IMG/VR virus record: IMGVR_UViG_3300035698_031678
Coordinates: 65,296-129,295 of that record
DNA from: a virus
Length of the DNA: 64,000 bases
Strand: one strand, 5' to 3'
Both the position numbers and the translations under genes were made by a program. Shown piece by piece: positions 52,601 through 62,684 of the stretch. The notes beneath the pieces are model-generated. The model was not told the origin of the DNA, searched no databases, and worked only from the letters and a program-made list of their open reading frames with translations. The first letter of the stretch is position 1, and every line of letters begins with the position of its first letter.

Positions 52601-55502
52601 CTTGTTGTGTAATAGCTTTTACACCATTAACTTCACCAATTGTTATTCCAGCCATAGTGTACTTGTCGTTGTCTATAGATTTGGTTTCTTTCCAATTAAG
52701 ACCAAATTCTCTGGCGTTTTCTATATTCCAAATTTCGTCTAAATCTCCAATTTCATAAATCATTATAAAATCTTTTGACCCAAGTTCTTTTTCTAGAAAT
52801 GATTTAAAATCGTTATAATCGCTATTATCAGCAAAAGCATCATTCCAATCTCCTGTTTTTAATCTGCTTTCGTTTAGATTTTTTCTGTTCATAACTGATT
52901 TGTTTTCTTTCAAACTAATATTTTCTTTTTTAGCATATTCTATTAAAGCTTTAGTTACTTTAGCAACATCATGACTTATATCTAGACCGTTGTTTTCGAA
53001 TTTATTAAGATTACCAAATTTTTCTATTTGGTATTTTACTCTAGAAACATTTTCCCCATTGTAATAATCATGAGCAATTTTTTCAGCAAAATTTTTATCA
53101 ATCTTAAATTGAGATAAGATATGACCCAATTTTTTCATCTTTTCATCAGACTCTAATTGTATATCTTCATTTAAGTTCCTTTTTCTAAGTTTACTCACTT
53201 TTTTTGCTTCGTGCATTTTTACTAGAGTTTTATTACCACTCATCTTTACAGCCTTAATAACATCTTCTACTTGTTTAGGCGTCATTTTTTCTAGGAAGTT
53301 TCCAGCAGTGTTTGATCCACCACCTGTAGCCATCATATCATCCCACTTTAAATTGGACATTTTTTCGATTTGCTCAACTAAGATATTAGCTTCACTATTA
53401 CCTAAACCAATTTCATCTAGAACGTCTTGGTTTTCTAGGTTGTTTATAATGTTAGAAAATTCTTTTGACTCGTTCATTCTGATTTTGTTTTTAGATATAG
53501 ACTTTCTTTTGTTTTCATCAAGATCTCTAAGTTTTCTCGATTTTATTCCAATGGCTTCTGCATCCGATTTTTTCATAATTATTTCTGAATGATAATCTGC
53601 AACTTCTATTGCGCTTCTATTATCAACCTTTACCATCTTGTAACTAATGTCGTACTCATCCCCATTCCAAGTTAAGTATTCTGTGTTATTATTAACAGGA
53701 ATACCATTTTTTGCCATTTCTTCAAAATCTAAACCAGATTCTGGGTCGCTTCCCAAAGAATATATTACAACAAATTCATTTCCTCCTAGAGTATTTTTAA
53801 TCATTTTTATGAACTCTGGAGCTTCTTGTATGGTGTGAAAAGTTTCTAATTTACCTGATTGTCCGTAAATCTTTAAGTTCCCTGATTGTATTTCCTCGTT
53901 CATTCTAATTTTGTTTTTAATATTTTTTGACTCGTTCAGTAAGCCCTTAGTATAACCATGTTCAAAGGCTGTTTCACCAAATTTTTTAAAATAAGGTAAT
54001 TCTTGGGTAAGAGTTTTCTCAAATGACATTCCTAAATCAAGGTTTTTCATCGTTTTTTTAATAGATGAAATAACACTTTCTGGTGTTAAATTGTCAAAGG
54101 TGTCAAAGGTGTCTTGGCTAATGCTATTTTTAACTAATGCTAGGTTGTTTTTATTAGCAGATTCATTTAATGCAGCTATCTTTGATTCGTTTAATTCGTA
54201 GTCAAAACCAAATTTTTTCTTAAGCTGTTCTATTGCATGAGATCTACCTTCTATGTGATCTTTATGACCTGGGCTTGTTTCTAAATCAGAATTATATTCT
54301 TCTATAGTGTCAATAAGCTCTCTACCTTCTTTGTCAGCTAATACTTGTTTGAAAGTAGAATCTTCTGACATGTTGGTTTTTTTACTTTCTGAAAGTCCCA
54401 TAATTGCTTCAATTTCGTTTTCGTTTAATTTTACTTTATTACTAACCTCTAAACTATAGTTACTTCTGTTAGGCACGTGGTTATCTATGTCGAAGTATTT
54501 CGATTGATTGTACACTTTCAAAATTTCTAAGTCTGGAAACTTCTCTAAAACTTTACGTTTTAGCAAATCATCAGGTATCATGTCTAATGTCTTAAGGGCA
54601 TGCTTTCTAGTAAGTATGGATGTTTTTACTGTTACTGATTTATCAGATATGGATACCTCTACTTCTATGGGTTTTCTTAGGTAACCACTAATAACATCTT
54701 CGAATACTTCGCCTAAATCTTTTGCGCTATTAACTAGTTTGTTAAATTTTGTTATTGCTAATTTGTTGTTGTTATAAGCTTCTTTTGCTGATGGTGTTAT
54801 TAAAGTAGAAACGCTTTCATTAAGATTGAATTTTACCAATTTTTTGTTGTGATCCATTCTTTTCTTAACGTTCTTAAGTTCGCTTTCATTAACCTCAACT
54901 ATTGCTGTGTTTCCTCTTTCCTCTATAGGGTTTAATTTAGCAAAAGTAAATCCTGGTGTAGAAACTATGTCTATTGTAAAAATTGTGTCTATAGTAGCTT
55001 TTTCCGTATCTTCATCAAAATATCCTATAGCTCTAGTGCTAACGCTTAGAGTACCACCATTATTGATTATGGCTAATGCGTCTATTCCACCACCTATAAC
55101 TGTTGGTATTATTTTTATTCTTACGTAAACACGATTCTCATCTTCTTTGTACCACAACTTGGTGATTATGTGAGAAACCTCTTTCATAGAGATTTCGTAA
55201 TTATCATCATGGTTTAATGCACCAAATAACCTTCTTTCTTCAATCCAAGGTTGCAAATACTCTACTTGTTCTAGGTATTCTTCTTTGCTATACCATCTGC
55301 CATTCTCATTAGTACCATCTTCTGCTGACTCACCAAATACGGCTAGTGGTGCTTCCAGTGTGATAGACTGATCATTTACAGGAGAAAGATCTAGTCCAGC
55401 ATTTTCATAGAGCTTTACATTTTGTAATTTTTCTGTCTTAATCCTTTTTAAAGGAGAAGAAGATTGCTCAAATAACCAAACTAATTTTTTATTTTCAGGC
55501 AT
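49608..55502 (-). CDS. prohead protease (gp21-like) fused to a multi-module region and a C-terminal scaffold-like region
   Basis: N-terminal NENGRWY, GALNH (His), VSH.I, SVSTRAIG (Ser), DIVSTPGF; directly upstream of the capsid gene. Confidence 0.85.
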   Translation of the reverse strand: MPENKKLVWLFEQSSSPLKRIKTEKLQNVKLYENAGLDLSPVNDQSITLEAPLAVFGESAEDGTNENGRWYSKEEYLEQVEYLQPWIEERRLFGALNHDDNYEISMKEVSHIITKLWYKEDENRVYVRIKIIPTVIGGGIDALAIINNGGTLSVSTRAIGYFDEDTEKATIDTIFTIDIVSTPGFTFAKLNPIEERGNTAIVEVNESELKNVKKRMDHNKKLVKFNLNESVSTLITPSAKEAYNNNKLAITKFNKLVNSAKDLGEVFEDVISGYLRKPIEVEVSISDKSVTVKTSILTRKHALKTLDMIPDDLLKRKVLEKFPDLEILKVYNQSKYFDIDNHVPNRSNYSLEVSNKVKLNENEIEAIMGLSESKKTNMSEDSTFKQVLADKEGRELIDTIEEYNSDLETSPGHKDHIEGRSHAIEQLKKKFGFDYELNESKIAALNESANKNNLALVKNSISQDTFDTFDNLTPESVISSIKKTMKNLDLGMSFEKTLTQELPYFKKFGETAFEHGYTKGLLNESKNIKNKIRMNEEIQSGNLKIYGQSGKLETFHTIQEAPEFIKMIKNTLGGNEFVVIYSLGSDPESGLDFEEMAKNGIPVNNNTEYLTWNGDEYDISYKMVKVDNRSAIEVADYHSEIIMKKSDAEAIGIKSRKLRDLDENKRKSISKNKIRMNESKEFSNIINNLENQDVLDEIGLGNSEANILVEQIEKMSNLKWDDMMATGGGSNTAGNFLEKMTPKQVEDVIKAVKMSGNKTLVKMHEAKKVSKLRKRNLNEDIQLESDEKMKKLGHILSQFKIDKNFAEKIAHDYYNGENVSRVKYQIEKFGNLNKFENNGLDISHDVAKVTKALIEYAKKENISLKENKSVMNRKNLNESRLKTGDWNDAFADNSDYNDFKSFLEKELGSKDFIMIYEIGDLDEIWNIENAREFGLNWKETKSIDNDKYTMAGITIGEVNGVKAITQQDASPMAIWLLKSDFDKIKGDLSESVMRRKNLNESKIIDSDAAFEDAVNKLGDYVTSEITNEDEDGQKFGDVTLEFKKGTIVFEGAPISDDHYDDGEIGDEMEDVREWIADYIDYNYLEVTMLNESNTTFRKKKNLNEAKTILKDTPDGDVEVNYTVDDSGKVTITSAGVVGDINLGVEDLEEYGLLSEYTKMVEDKLEGNKNLNESKTILKDTPDGDVEVNYTVDDSGKVTITSAGVVGDINLGVEDLEEYGLLSEYTKMVEDKLKDVSEGVQNKMLKDIIKGNKNFKWLNTELGSDFSLKDLKDTLLAKGYSQEYERYAKIHDVSEDVESPEMIAQRKKMEDGKMNEDASGLGDYYKKAYTEEDIKKVLKDVKSNGGYAEIGDSGVEHLLINYDFGSDVIPEMIAKIVAMEKGILNEDAGGKVTIEGSGDNWAIYGSKGVLIDDGYPSENAAHTAAQEDGYEVSGKLNESIDLELDQTYMVKKGDVEAYAQYKGIVDEKHVFDNSGIMIEVNSEDVDSMVSLDEYGSYQGGADLDESKAVMPSQDDIVKMFKEDMDANIDREEMGLNENRKVYSLYSDKGEEMGLYYDEKKAKKMAEEKGCMIDETNEEDIAEEKGEEVLQDISESKAIMPSQSKMDAEFKDKFKVHLRSGAKGLNEDMKPENQDGTLEPTVTEHVEIRSSEELVDEFLENAKSMINTTAMGLNEASKSNYSKVAMAQKNLVVMSESKRVVKFRKKGAFATDTKTILSINESKKVYKTSLMESAYKLAKRVRAKGGLDKAKDIFGKVLLQECKSKISKITDSKIKQNRILKGLMESTHYDVKGNIVSARVVLSESKKKFIDRNVAKSIYANEHNLRGLFEENQLIKRKLVELTESMKEESKQMKNIMETYANKMMEMDNTMMENQDVIEAAKSKMESPEARISEVEDSEKKEFVSDKPYTGELSDEELEAYMSADDDEIEEIEIVLGDKMMESMPKEDLMEMVKMVNPNLHSLLSI
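51807..52204 (-). repeat. near-perfect 204-bp (68-aa) tandem duplication inside the protease polyprotein
   Basis: NLNE[A/S]KTILKDTPDGDVEVNY...EYTKMVEDKL occurs twice. Confidence 0.95.
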
Positions 55503-55560
55503 TAGTGAATAATTGACTTATTTATTAGAATAATTTAACGGTACAAAGATGTGTTTACTC

Positions 55561-55567
55561 TATTTAG
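55561..55567 (-). promoter_or_regulatory. putative late promoter CTAAATA upstream of the protease gene
   Basis: same heptamer as at the capsid and tube genes. Confidence 0.45.
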
Positions 55568-55633
55568 TTATATGACCTTACAGCTAGAAACGTAGTAATA
55601 GCATAGACTTTAATTTACAATAATACTTAAATT

Positions 55634-56557
55634 ATGAATGAAATAAAGATTGGTAGGTTGAAAGGCTTAAGAAATACTAACGAAGATTATTGCAAAGAAG
55701 GGGTAATAATAGCTAACAACGAGTTTGTTTACAATGCGCTAGACCTTAAGCCATCTGATGTAAATAAGGATTTTATCATTAACACTTTATCTAAAATCTG
55801 TAGATACACTGGTCATTTTGGTCAGCAAAATAGCAGTACCGCTGGCGCTATATATTCTGTCGCTCAACATTCTGTAAAAATGGCTGAAGCCTGCTTGTTG
55901 GTAACTGGTGACCCTAAAAAAGCTATGGAATGCCTTTGGCATGATGCTGCAGAAGCTTATTTTGGTGATATCATATCACCCATAAAGCTAAAATTTAAAG
56001 ACCAAATTAAACCTCTTGAGATAAAATTAGAAATTGTTATTTTCAAAGTTCTTGGCATAGATTTTCCTTTGGGAGATCATGTTAAACACATTGATCTAAA
56101 CATTACAGAGTATGAAATGGACACCATGATTTTTAATGACATGAACGTAGCTGATCCAGGTTACTACTGGAGTCCACACATATCTTTTATTAGATTTATA
56201 AACATGGACAATAAACTCAATTCATTATTAAGGCATTCTGAAAAAGATTTGGTTGTAGGAAGAATGACTCACGCATCTTTAGAAACCATATCAAAAAAAC
56301 CATTAGATAATTTAATTAAAGAAGACGCTTCTAGATCAAATGAGTGTTACATGTTAACATCATTAAAACTTACAATGTGTTTAGAAGAATTAGGGTATTC
56401 ACACTCACAGTCTGGTAATTCTTCTGGAGTTTTAAGGAATTGGCTTCACATAGACAGAAAAGAAAAAACCTACACTAACGTACATAAATTCAAAGTTGAT
56501 GAAGATAAACCTTCACTAGGTTCTGTAGAAGAACTTACTGATTGGGATCTTGGTTAG
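55634..56557 (+). CDS. HD-domain 5'-deoxynucleotidase (YfbR/YfdR-like) with C-terminal extension
   Basis: LSKICRYTGH, YSVAQHSV and LWHDAAEAYFGDIISPIK motifs. Confidence 0.8.
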   Translation: MNEIKIGRLKGLRNTNEDYCKEGVIIANNEFVYNALDLKPSDVNKDFIINTLSKICRYTGHFGQQNSSTAGAIYSVAQHSVKMAEACLLVTGDPKKAMECLWHDAAEAYFGDIISPIKLKFKDQIKPLEIKLEIVIFKVLGIDFPLGDHVKHIDLNITEYEMDTMIFNDMNVADPGYYWSPHISFIRFINMDNKLNSLLRHSEKDLVVGRMTHASLETISKKPLDNLIKEDASRSNECYMLTSLKLTMCLEELGYSHSQSGNSSGVLRNWLHIDRKEKTYTNVHKFKVDEDKPSLGSVEELTDWDLG

Positions 56558-56753
56558 GTAATTCGTTTTTAAATTTTTCTAGACTTTCTTCAACAACTCT
56601 ATTAGTTTCTTCTGCCAATTTTTCGGAAAGTTCTGAGGCTAATTCACTAATAGAGTCGTTTACCGTTATATTATCCGTAGCATTAAAACCAAAAACTACT
56701 TTGTATATTTCGGTAAGATTTTCTTTATGTTTTACTTTATCAAAATATTCCAT
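56535..56753 (-). CDS. small hypothetical protein coupled to the gp5-like gene
   Basis: 72 aa, stop/start overlap. Confidence 0.5.
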   Translation of the reverse strand: MEYFDKVKHKENLTEIYKVVFGFNATDNITVNDSISELASELSEKLAEETNRVVEESLEKFKNELPNQDPNQ

Positions 56754-57568
56754 TAGTCTATTGTGTTTACTTTACTTTTCGTCTTTGGCACTTTACTAGA
56801 AAAAACTTTGTTGCTTATAGGGTTAGCTTTTGCTGACAGTTCTGATAAAGCAAACCCTGGTGACAATGGCGCTAATATTGCTACCTTTGAAGTTATTTCT
56901 TTTTGAATTTTTGAAGATGTTTCTATATCTTTATTTATCTTTTCTATGGCTTTCCATAATTCTTTAAGTTGTTCTTCATTTTTATCACCTAACACTGAAG
57001 GCTCAGAACTACCATCTAAACTACCTAGAGATATCTTGTCAGAAACTACACTTACAGAGTTTTCGTTCATTACAACTTTTCTCTGACCTTCATTAAAATT
57101 TAATGTAATTTTTTGCTCTTCTTTAGATATGTTAATTGTTTCTTTACCTAAGTTTATTACAATTCCTTTTTTTCTACTGTAGCTAATATTTACTTCTTCC
57201 TCTTTATCATAAAGAACGCTCTTATATCCTTCATAATCTTCTTTTAGTAGTTCTATTAAATCATCACTAACACTTTCCCAACTTCTGTATCTGCCATGAT
57301 TAATGTCTTTACTAAACCATACTAAGACTTTTTCCCCTAATTTAGGAGTATGAAATGTGTCGTGGTGTGGAAATTCTGGGTATATCCAAGGTAATTTTTC
57401 TGGGTCTAAAGAGAATGTTCCATCAATGTTACCAAAAACGCCTTTTATGTTTACCTTTATTCTTCCTTCCTTGTTAGGATCATCTATGTTTATTATCTCA
57501 GCTTCGTGATCTCTGTTTACTATTTCTGTCATAGATTGACCACTTCTTGATTCCAGAACTTTGCTCAT
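56753..57568 (-). CDS. baseplate spike protein, gp5/VgrG OB-fold
   Basis: DDPNKEGRIKV...LPWIYP...PKLGEKVLVWF, beta-helix-like strands, EPSVLGD. Confidence 0.8.
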   Translation of the reverse strand: MSKVLESRSGQSMTEIVNRDHEAEIINIDDPNKEGRIKVNIKGVFGNIDGTFSLDPEKLPWIYPEFPHHDTFHTPKLGEKVLVWFSKDINHGRYRSWESVSDDLIELLKEDYEGYKSVLYDKEEEVNISYSRKKGIVINLGKETINISKEEQKITLNFNEGQRKVVMNENSVSVVSDKISLGSLDGSSEPSVLGDKNEEQLKELWKAIEKINKDIETSSKIQKEITSKVAILAPLSPGFALSELSAKANPISNKVFSSKVPKTKSKVNTID

Positions 57569-57591
57569 AAAATATATATCAAAACACTAGA

Positions 57592-59454
57592 ATGAACTCT
57601 ACAAAGAACTACATTAGATTAGGAGAATATTTTTTACTAGAGTTTACTGGGAAAGAAAAGGAATTAAATACTTCTAACAATCAAATTATTTCTTATGCTG
57701 GTAAAGATGGTAGTATTTATATACTTAACGAACCCGATTCTTTAGACAATACCAGGAACACAGAACACAATCTTGTTTTTGACATGCCTGTCACAGACGT
57801 TATATCAGACATAAATGAAGGTAGATCATTTTCTAGGCTAAACCCTGATGAATTTGTAAAAACGACAAATACCTTAAGCGGATTACTGTCTTACGACCAA
57901 ATAAAACTACACATTAGGACTGGATACAACTTTCAGGATTCAGAAGGATTTAGACTAAGCTTATTTTTGGAATCAGCTTTAGGGCACAGAGTTAATCTTC
58001 TTTCTCAATCTTTTCTTAAAGGTAATATTAATGAATACGGTTACAACGAATTCCCACTAAGCATTTCGGAACAAACTTATGATAAATTTATAGAATTTAA
58101 CACTATAAGTATATCTAAATTACTCTTAGAAACTTCTTCAGAAAGAACTATAGTTAATAGCATATCTAGCTACAATAGTAATCCTTTTTTATTTATGGAA
58201 TTTAGGGTTATAGAGAGCGTAGTTGATCTTGGAGGATACAGAGGGATAGATTACTCCAACACAATAGAAAACTTTATACCAGCTGGAGACCCTTTTGAAA
58301 ATTTAACTGCAGACATATTAGAAAAAGAAAGCTATTTCCAATACAAAGCTAGTTTCGAAGGTTCAAGCGTAGAGGATTTCATATTTTCTTTAAATTCTAA
58401 TCCTTCTAACAATTATGCTCTTGAACATGAGATAAATGTCTTTGAGCAAAGAGGAACTATATTTGAACACGTAGAAAGAGTTATACAATTACAGTACACG
58501 AATTTTGACAGGGTTTATAAATACAGACCAGTACTTTCCAATTTTGTTGATGGTTCTATGCAAGTTGAATACACTCTTAGATTGGTCAATAGAAACGATG
58601 GATTAAGCGTGGTTAAAACAGCTTCCATAAACAGCACTAATACACAATTATATCTAGAAACTCCTTTTAGAATAAGTGTAGAAGGGGTAACCCAATTTAG
58701 TGTTTACAACAAAGTTTTTAAGAACGAAATAAATGTCGGTAGTTCTGTAAAGCAATTTGATAACCAGGTTTTGATACCAATGTATTTGGATAAAAAGACC
58801 ATAGTTATGAAAAGTGAACCTTTTGCTTTAGATGTTTCTCCATTTACAAATATTTACGAGATAAATCTTCTAGAAGAGATAAATGGTCAAGAAATACCAT
58901 ACTTTCCTGAAAACCTTGTTAGTCATGAAATGGTTTTTGTAATCAATGGAGTAGAAGAAATTTCTATAGTAGAAAATAAAGATCAAGAAAACAATGGTTT
59001 ACTGTATTTTAAGATTACTGAAGATAAAGCTAAGGTAATAACTTCTAAGAACAAAGGTATAGTTTACATAAATTCAGTAAAAAATGGTGTTAGGACTAAT
59101 CTTACTAGTGGAGAGTGGGCTAAAGAAGGTTATGAAGTTAAAATACCAGTAATATTAGATCTAGTTAAGCAAATAAAGACTATGGAAGAGGTTATATTGC
59201 CTATAGAACCTATAACCGCTTCATTTACTCAAGAAAGCGCTGACGTAATATTACCTACAAACGCAACTATAGAAACAAACATTCAAGAAATTCAGAATAA
59301 TCAAATAACCGCTACTGTAATAGAAAATAAAATTATTAAAGAGAATAATGAAAAAATAATTAAGGTAGTTAACGATGGCAACAACTTATTCCTTGAAAGA
59401 ATTAAAAAACAACTGTTAAGAAACAATATGAAATTTATAGAAGACGTTAGTTAA
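57592..59454 (+). CDS. putative virion structural protein
   Basis: 620-aa beta-rich ORF among structural genes. Confidence 0.45.
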   Translation: MNSTKNYIRLGEYFLLEFTGKEKELNTSNNQIISYAGKDGSIYILNEPDSLDNTRNTEHNLVFDMPVTDVISDINEGRSFSRLNPDEFVKTTNTLSGLLSYDQIKLHIRTGYNFQDSEGFRLSLFLESALGHRVNLLSQSFLKGNINEYGYNEFPLSISEQTYDKFIEFNTISISKLLLETSSERTIVNSISSYNSNPFLFMEFRVIESVVDLGGYRGIDYSNTIENFIPAGDPFENLTADILEKESYFQYKASFEGSSVEDFIFSLNSNPSNNYALEHEINVFEQRGTIFEHVERVIQLQYTNFDRVYKYRPVLSNFVDGSMQVEYTLRLVNRNDGLSVVKTASINSTNTQLYLETPFRISVEGVTQFSVYNKVFKNEINVGSSVKQFDNQVLIPMYLDKKTIVMKSEPFALDVSPFTNIYEINLLEEINGQEIPYFPENLVSHEMVFVINGVEEISIVENKDQENNGLLYFKITEDKAKVITSKNKGIVYINSVKNGVRTNLTSGEWAKEGYEVKIPVILDLVKQIKTMEEVILPIEPITASFTQESADVILPTNATIETNIQEIQNNQITATVIENKIIKENNEKIIKVVNDGNNLFLERIKKQLLRNNMKFIEDVS

Positions 59455-59678
59455 CGTTCTATATCTTCAACGTTTTTTGACCTGTAGTTTAAACTAAGCT
59501 TGATTTTTGTAACTTCATCTATCCAAGACTGTATTATATTCTCTAATTTAATTATAAAACCACTCATTCTAGAATTATTTAATATTCTAGGTGATAAAGA
59601 ATTAGACAATATTCTGCCTCTGTAATTATCTTTTTTCCCACTAAATCTTACTATATGTCTTTCGTATTTTGTACTCAT
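59451..59678 (-). CDS. small hypothetical protein
   Basis: 75-aa ORF filling the gap. Confidence 0.5.
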   Translation of the reverse strand: MSTKYERHIVRFSGKKDNYRGRILSNSLSPRILNNSRMSGFIIKLENIIQSWIDEVTKIKLSLNYRSKNVEDIER

Positions 59679-59692
59679 TTAATATATATTTT

Positions 59693-60835
59693 ATGGCGTT
59701 AGATAAACATAAAGAAGCTTTTAAGTCAATTTCGACTAGCACATTCGATAAAGAAAATGGTTTTAGTTCTAAGTTCTTTATGGAGGATCCTAGTTATTTA
59801 CACTATTCTCTGTTTATTGACATGTCTTCGCCTTTACTAAATCCAGTAAACGCCAAAGGGGAAAGCGCAGAAAGATATTTTAAAAGAAGAGGAGATAAAG
59901 ATAGAGTTAACGCTGTTATAGATTTCAGAGATAGGCTAATAAATTTACTAGAAAAAACGCCCTACCTTATGCGTTCTATAAACGGTCTTGAGAACATTCT
60001 TGATTACAATGCAGAACAATTTCATTTAGAAAGAGAACTAGAAATAGAAACCTACGAAACTACTGATCAGAGGATTAATTCACTTGCTAAATTATACACA
60101 TTTATAGTGTATGATTGGAAGTATAACAGGAAAATGCTACCAGATAATCTAGAGTGGATAAACATACAAATAATAATCAACGATTGTAGAAATCTTGTAA
60201 AATTTGTTGATTCTGGTGAACAAGGTGAATTAGTTTCCATAGATTCCTTTATACCTACCACAGTTTTAGATTTTTATCACAGCGCATTTGATTTTACCAA
60301 GTCTTTTAAAGGGTTAAATGGTATAAACAATTCAGAACCAACTGTTTTAGATAATTCTTTTAGAATAAAAACTGGTAAATTTACCATGAAATCTAGTAAC
60401 ATTAAAATAAATTCCGAAGAACTATCTAAAAGCATAGTTGATTATTCCAATCCAGCCCCATTAGCTGGTAAGAAAACCCTTATTCAAAAAGGTGTGGATG
60501 CCGCTATAGAACTTGGTAAGAAAGAGGCAATAAGATTAAGACAAGAGCCAGGAAGATTAAGAGATGATGCTACCACTGCTGCTACTGATAGAATAAAGGC
60601 AAAAGCGTTTGAACTGGCTAATTATAACGTTCATTACAGGGGTCAAGCTCCAGAGCCATTCAGGTTAATTACAGGTCAGCAGTCTTCTGGGCAGATTTCA
60701 CCAGATTTTAGAGGTAATGAAATGAAAGAGATACTAGATAAAGACAAAGTGAAAAGTCTTTCTGAAGATTATACGAAAAATCAGAGACAAGAAATCATAA
60801 ATAGTATAATTAACAAACAAAACCTGGAATTCTAG
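59693..60835 (+). CDS. putative tube/baseplate-associated structural protein (gp54-like)
   Basis: EDPSYL, LEIETYET.D.RI..L..LY, YDW......LPDNL. Confidence 0.45.
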   Translation: MALDKHKEAFKSISTSTFDKENGFSSKFFMEDPSYLHYSLFIDMSSPLLNPVNAKGESAERYFKRRGDKDRVNAVIDFRDRLINLLEKTPYLMRSINGLENILDYNAEQFHLERELEIETYETTDQRINSLAKLYTFIVYDWKYNRKMLPDNLEWINIQIIINDCRNLVKFVDSGEQGELVSIDSFIPTTVLDFYHSAFDFTKSFKGLNGINNSEPTVLDNSFRIKTGKFTMKSSNIKINSEELSKSIVDYSNPAPLAGKKTLIQKGVDAAIELGKKEAIRLRQEPGRLRDDATTAATDRIKAKAFELANYNVHYRGQAPEPFRLITGQQSSGQISPDFRGNEMKEILDKDKVKSLSEDYTKNQRQEIINSIINKQNLEF

Positions 60836-60866
60836 TTAGCATTTATAATGTCTAAACTAATTTCTA

Positions 60867-61085
60867 ATGATTTCAGGTGAACACATAATTTTTAGCAGAG
60901 AAGATCTAAAAAAAGGTCTTGAAAATACTAAAATAGAGGATATTAAGTTATCTTATTTTAATGTAGACAATATACACATCATTATGTCCAAATCTTTAAT
61001 ACTGTTTGTAGACCAGAAAGATAAAATGAAAACTGTTATACTAAGATCCAGAAGTACAACGGTAGGATTAGTAGTAAAAATTTAA
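60867..61085 (+). CDS. hypothetical protein
   Basis: 72-aa ORF. Confidence 0.45.
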   Translation: MISGEHIIFSREDLKKGLENTKIEDIKLSYFNVDNIHIIMSKSLILFVDQKDKMKTVILRSRSTTVGLVVKI

Positions 61086-61096
61086 TAACATAAAAG

Positions 61097-61372
61097 ATGG
61101 GCAAAATGATTTGCGGTTGCGGTTACGAAGAACATAATCCTGAAATTGTTGGTGGAAAAGGTCATTACTTAGGTGAAGGTAATTGTTGTAGATACTTACT
61201 AAGCGAAGAGGAAGAACCAACAATACTACATACTATAAAAGGTAAGAAACAATGGCGCTTACCATCAGGCATAGTTACTGATTACACATTAAGAGAACAA
61301 AGACTATATTCCCAGCACTCAAATGGGAAATGGTCAAGACCTAAATCAAAATCATCAATAAATTCTCTATAA
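61097..61372 (+). CDS. small Cys/His-rich hypothetical protein
   Basis: CGCG...H...H...CC. Confidence 0.5.
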   Translation: MGKMICGCGYEEHNPEIVGGKGHYLGEGNCCRYLLSEEEEPTILHTIKGKKQWRLPSGIVTDYTLREQRLYSQHSNGKWSRPKSKSSINSL

Positions 61373-61385
61373 AGAGACTAGAAAT

Positions 61386-62684
61386 ATGGAAGAAATAATT
61401 TTAACTCAAGAAATGATAACAGCTTATGATGCTGTTAAATCAAGACAACACACTGTAATATTTGGGGCAGCTGGTACTGGTAAAACAACTTTTATAGACT
61501 ACTTAGTAGGAAGCGGTCTAAAACTTATGAAAGTAGCTCCTACAGGAATAGCTGCTAATGCTATTGGTGGTTCAACGCTACATTCAGCGTTTAGGTTAGC
61601 TCCCAGGATTATGCAGCCTAGCGACATCAGACCATTAGACTATTATGGTATGCAATTGTTATCTAACATAGATGCTATAATGATAGATGAGGTGAGTATG
61701 GTAAGATCTGATGTTTTGGACAACATAGACCTTGTTCTTAAAAAATCTATGAGGAATGAAATACCCTTTGGTGGTGTACCCATAATATTTATGGGGGACA
61801 TGGGTCAATTACCACCAGTAGTAACAAATAGTGAAAGAGACTATTTCAATTTCAAGTACAAGAGCGAATTCTTTTTTGACTCTATTGCTTTCAAACAAAT
61901 AGAAGACGAAGCCAACTTTGTAAATTTCACAGAAATATTCAGGCAAAAAGACCAGAACTTCAAGAATATTTTAAATAAGATAAGATTTGGTGAAATAACC
62001 CAAAAAGAAATCGAAGAGCTTAACAACTCTACTTATCTTTCAGAAGAAAAAGACCATGTTACTTTATGCACTAGAAATGATGATGTAAGAAGAGTTAATG
62101 AGTTCAAGCTAGAAATTAATGAAAACGTTGCAGAATTATATACAGGAGAAATAACTGGTGATTTCAAAGAGAAGAATTGTATAGCAAATGTTAGATTAGT
62201 TCTAAAGGAGAAATCTAGAGTTATGATACTGATCAACAATGGTGATAACTATCATAATGGTTCTTTGGGTCTCTATTTAGGTATGGAGCGAGATGAAGAA
62301 GGAGAAAAAGTGATGAGAGTAAGACTAGATAGTGATAATGAAGAGGTGCTTATAAAAAGACACAAATTTGAAGAGGTTAGGCAATCTTATGATAGAGATA
62401 GCGATAAAGTCAAAACAGAAACAAAAGGTAGTATGAAACAGTATCCCATAGCCTTAGGTTATGCATTTACTTCTCATAAAAGCCAGGGAATGACTTTTGA
62501 TAGAATGTCATTTGATATTGGTAGAGGCGCTTTTGCTAGTGGTCAGACATACGTTTCATTATCTAGAGTGCGATCTATAGAAGGTCTAAGGCTAGTAACC
62601 AAACTAAAGCCTAAAGACATAATATTTGACATTAGGATAAAAACTTGGTTAAAAAGCCATAATCTAATATTTTCTTTTGAGTAA
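61386..62684 (+). CDS. SF1B Pif1/RecD-like helicase
   Basis: GAAGTGKT, APTGIAA, IDEVSM, GDMGQLPPV, FRQKD, HKSQGMT and YVSLSR motifs. Confidence 0.92.
   Translation: MEEIILTQEMITAYDAVKSRQHTVIFGAAGTGKTTFIDYLVGSGLKLMKVAPTGIAANAIGGSTLHSAFRLAPRIMQPSDIRPLDYYGMQLLSNIDAIMIDEVSMVRSDVLDNIDLVLKKSMRNEIPFGGVPIIFMGDMGQLPPVVTNSERDYFNFKYKSEFFFDSIAFKQIEDEANFVNFTEIFRQKDQNFKNILNKIRFGEITQKEIEELNNSTYLSEEKDHVTLCTRNDDVRRVNEFKLEINENVAELYTGEITGDFKEKNCIANVRLVLKEKSRVMILINNGDNYHNGSLGLYLGMERDEEGEKVMRVRLDSDNEEVLIKRHKFEEVRQSYDRDSDKVKTETKGSMKQYPIALGYAFTSHKSQGMTFDRMSFDIGRGAFASGQTYVSLSRVRSIEGLRLVTKLKPKDIIFDIRIKTWLKSHNLIFSFE

Noticed and set aside
49608-55502. Intein as the explanation for the protease's size
   Set aside because: No C/S...HN-C/S/T splice junctions or LAGLIDADG motifs recognised; the extension is made of short NE-delimited modules
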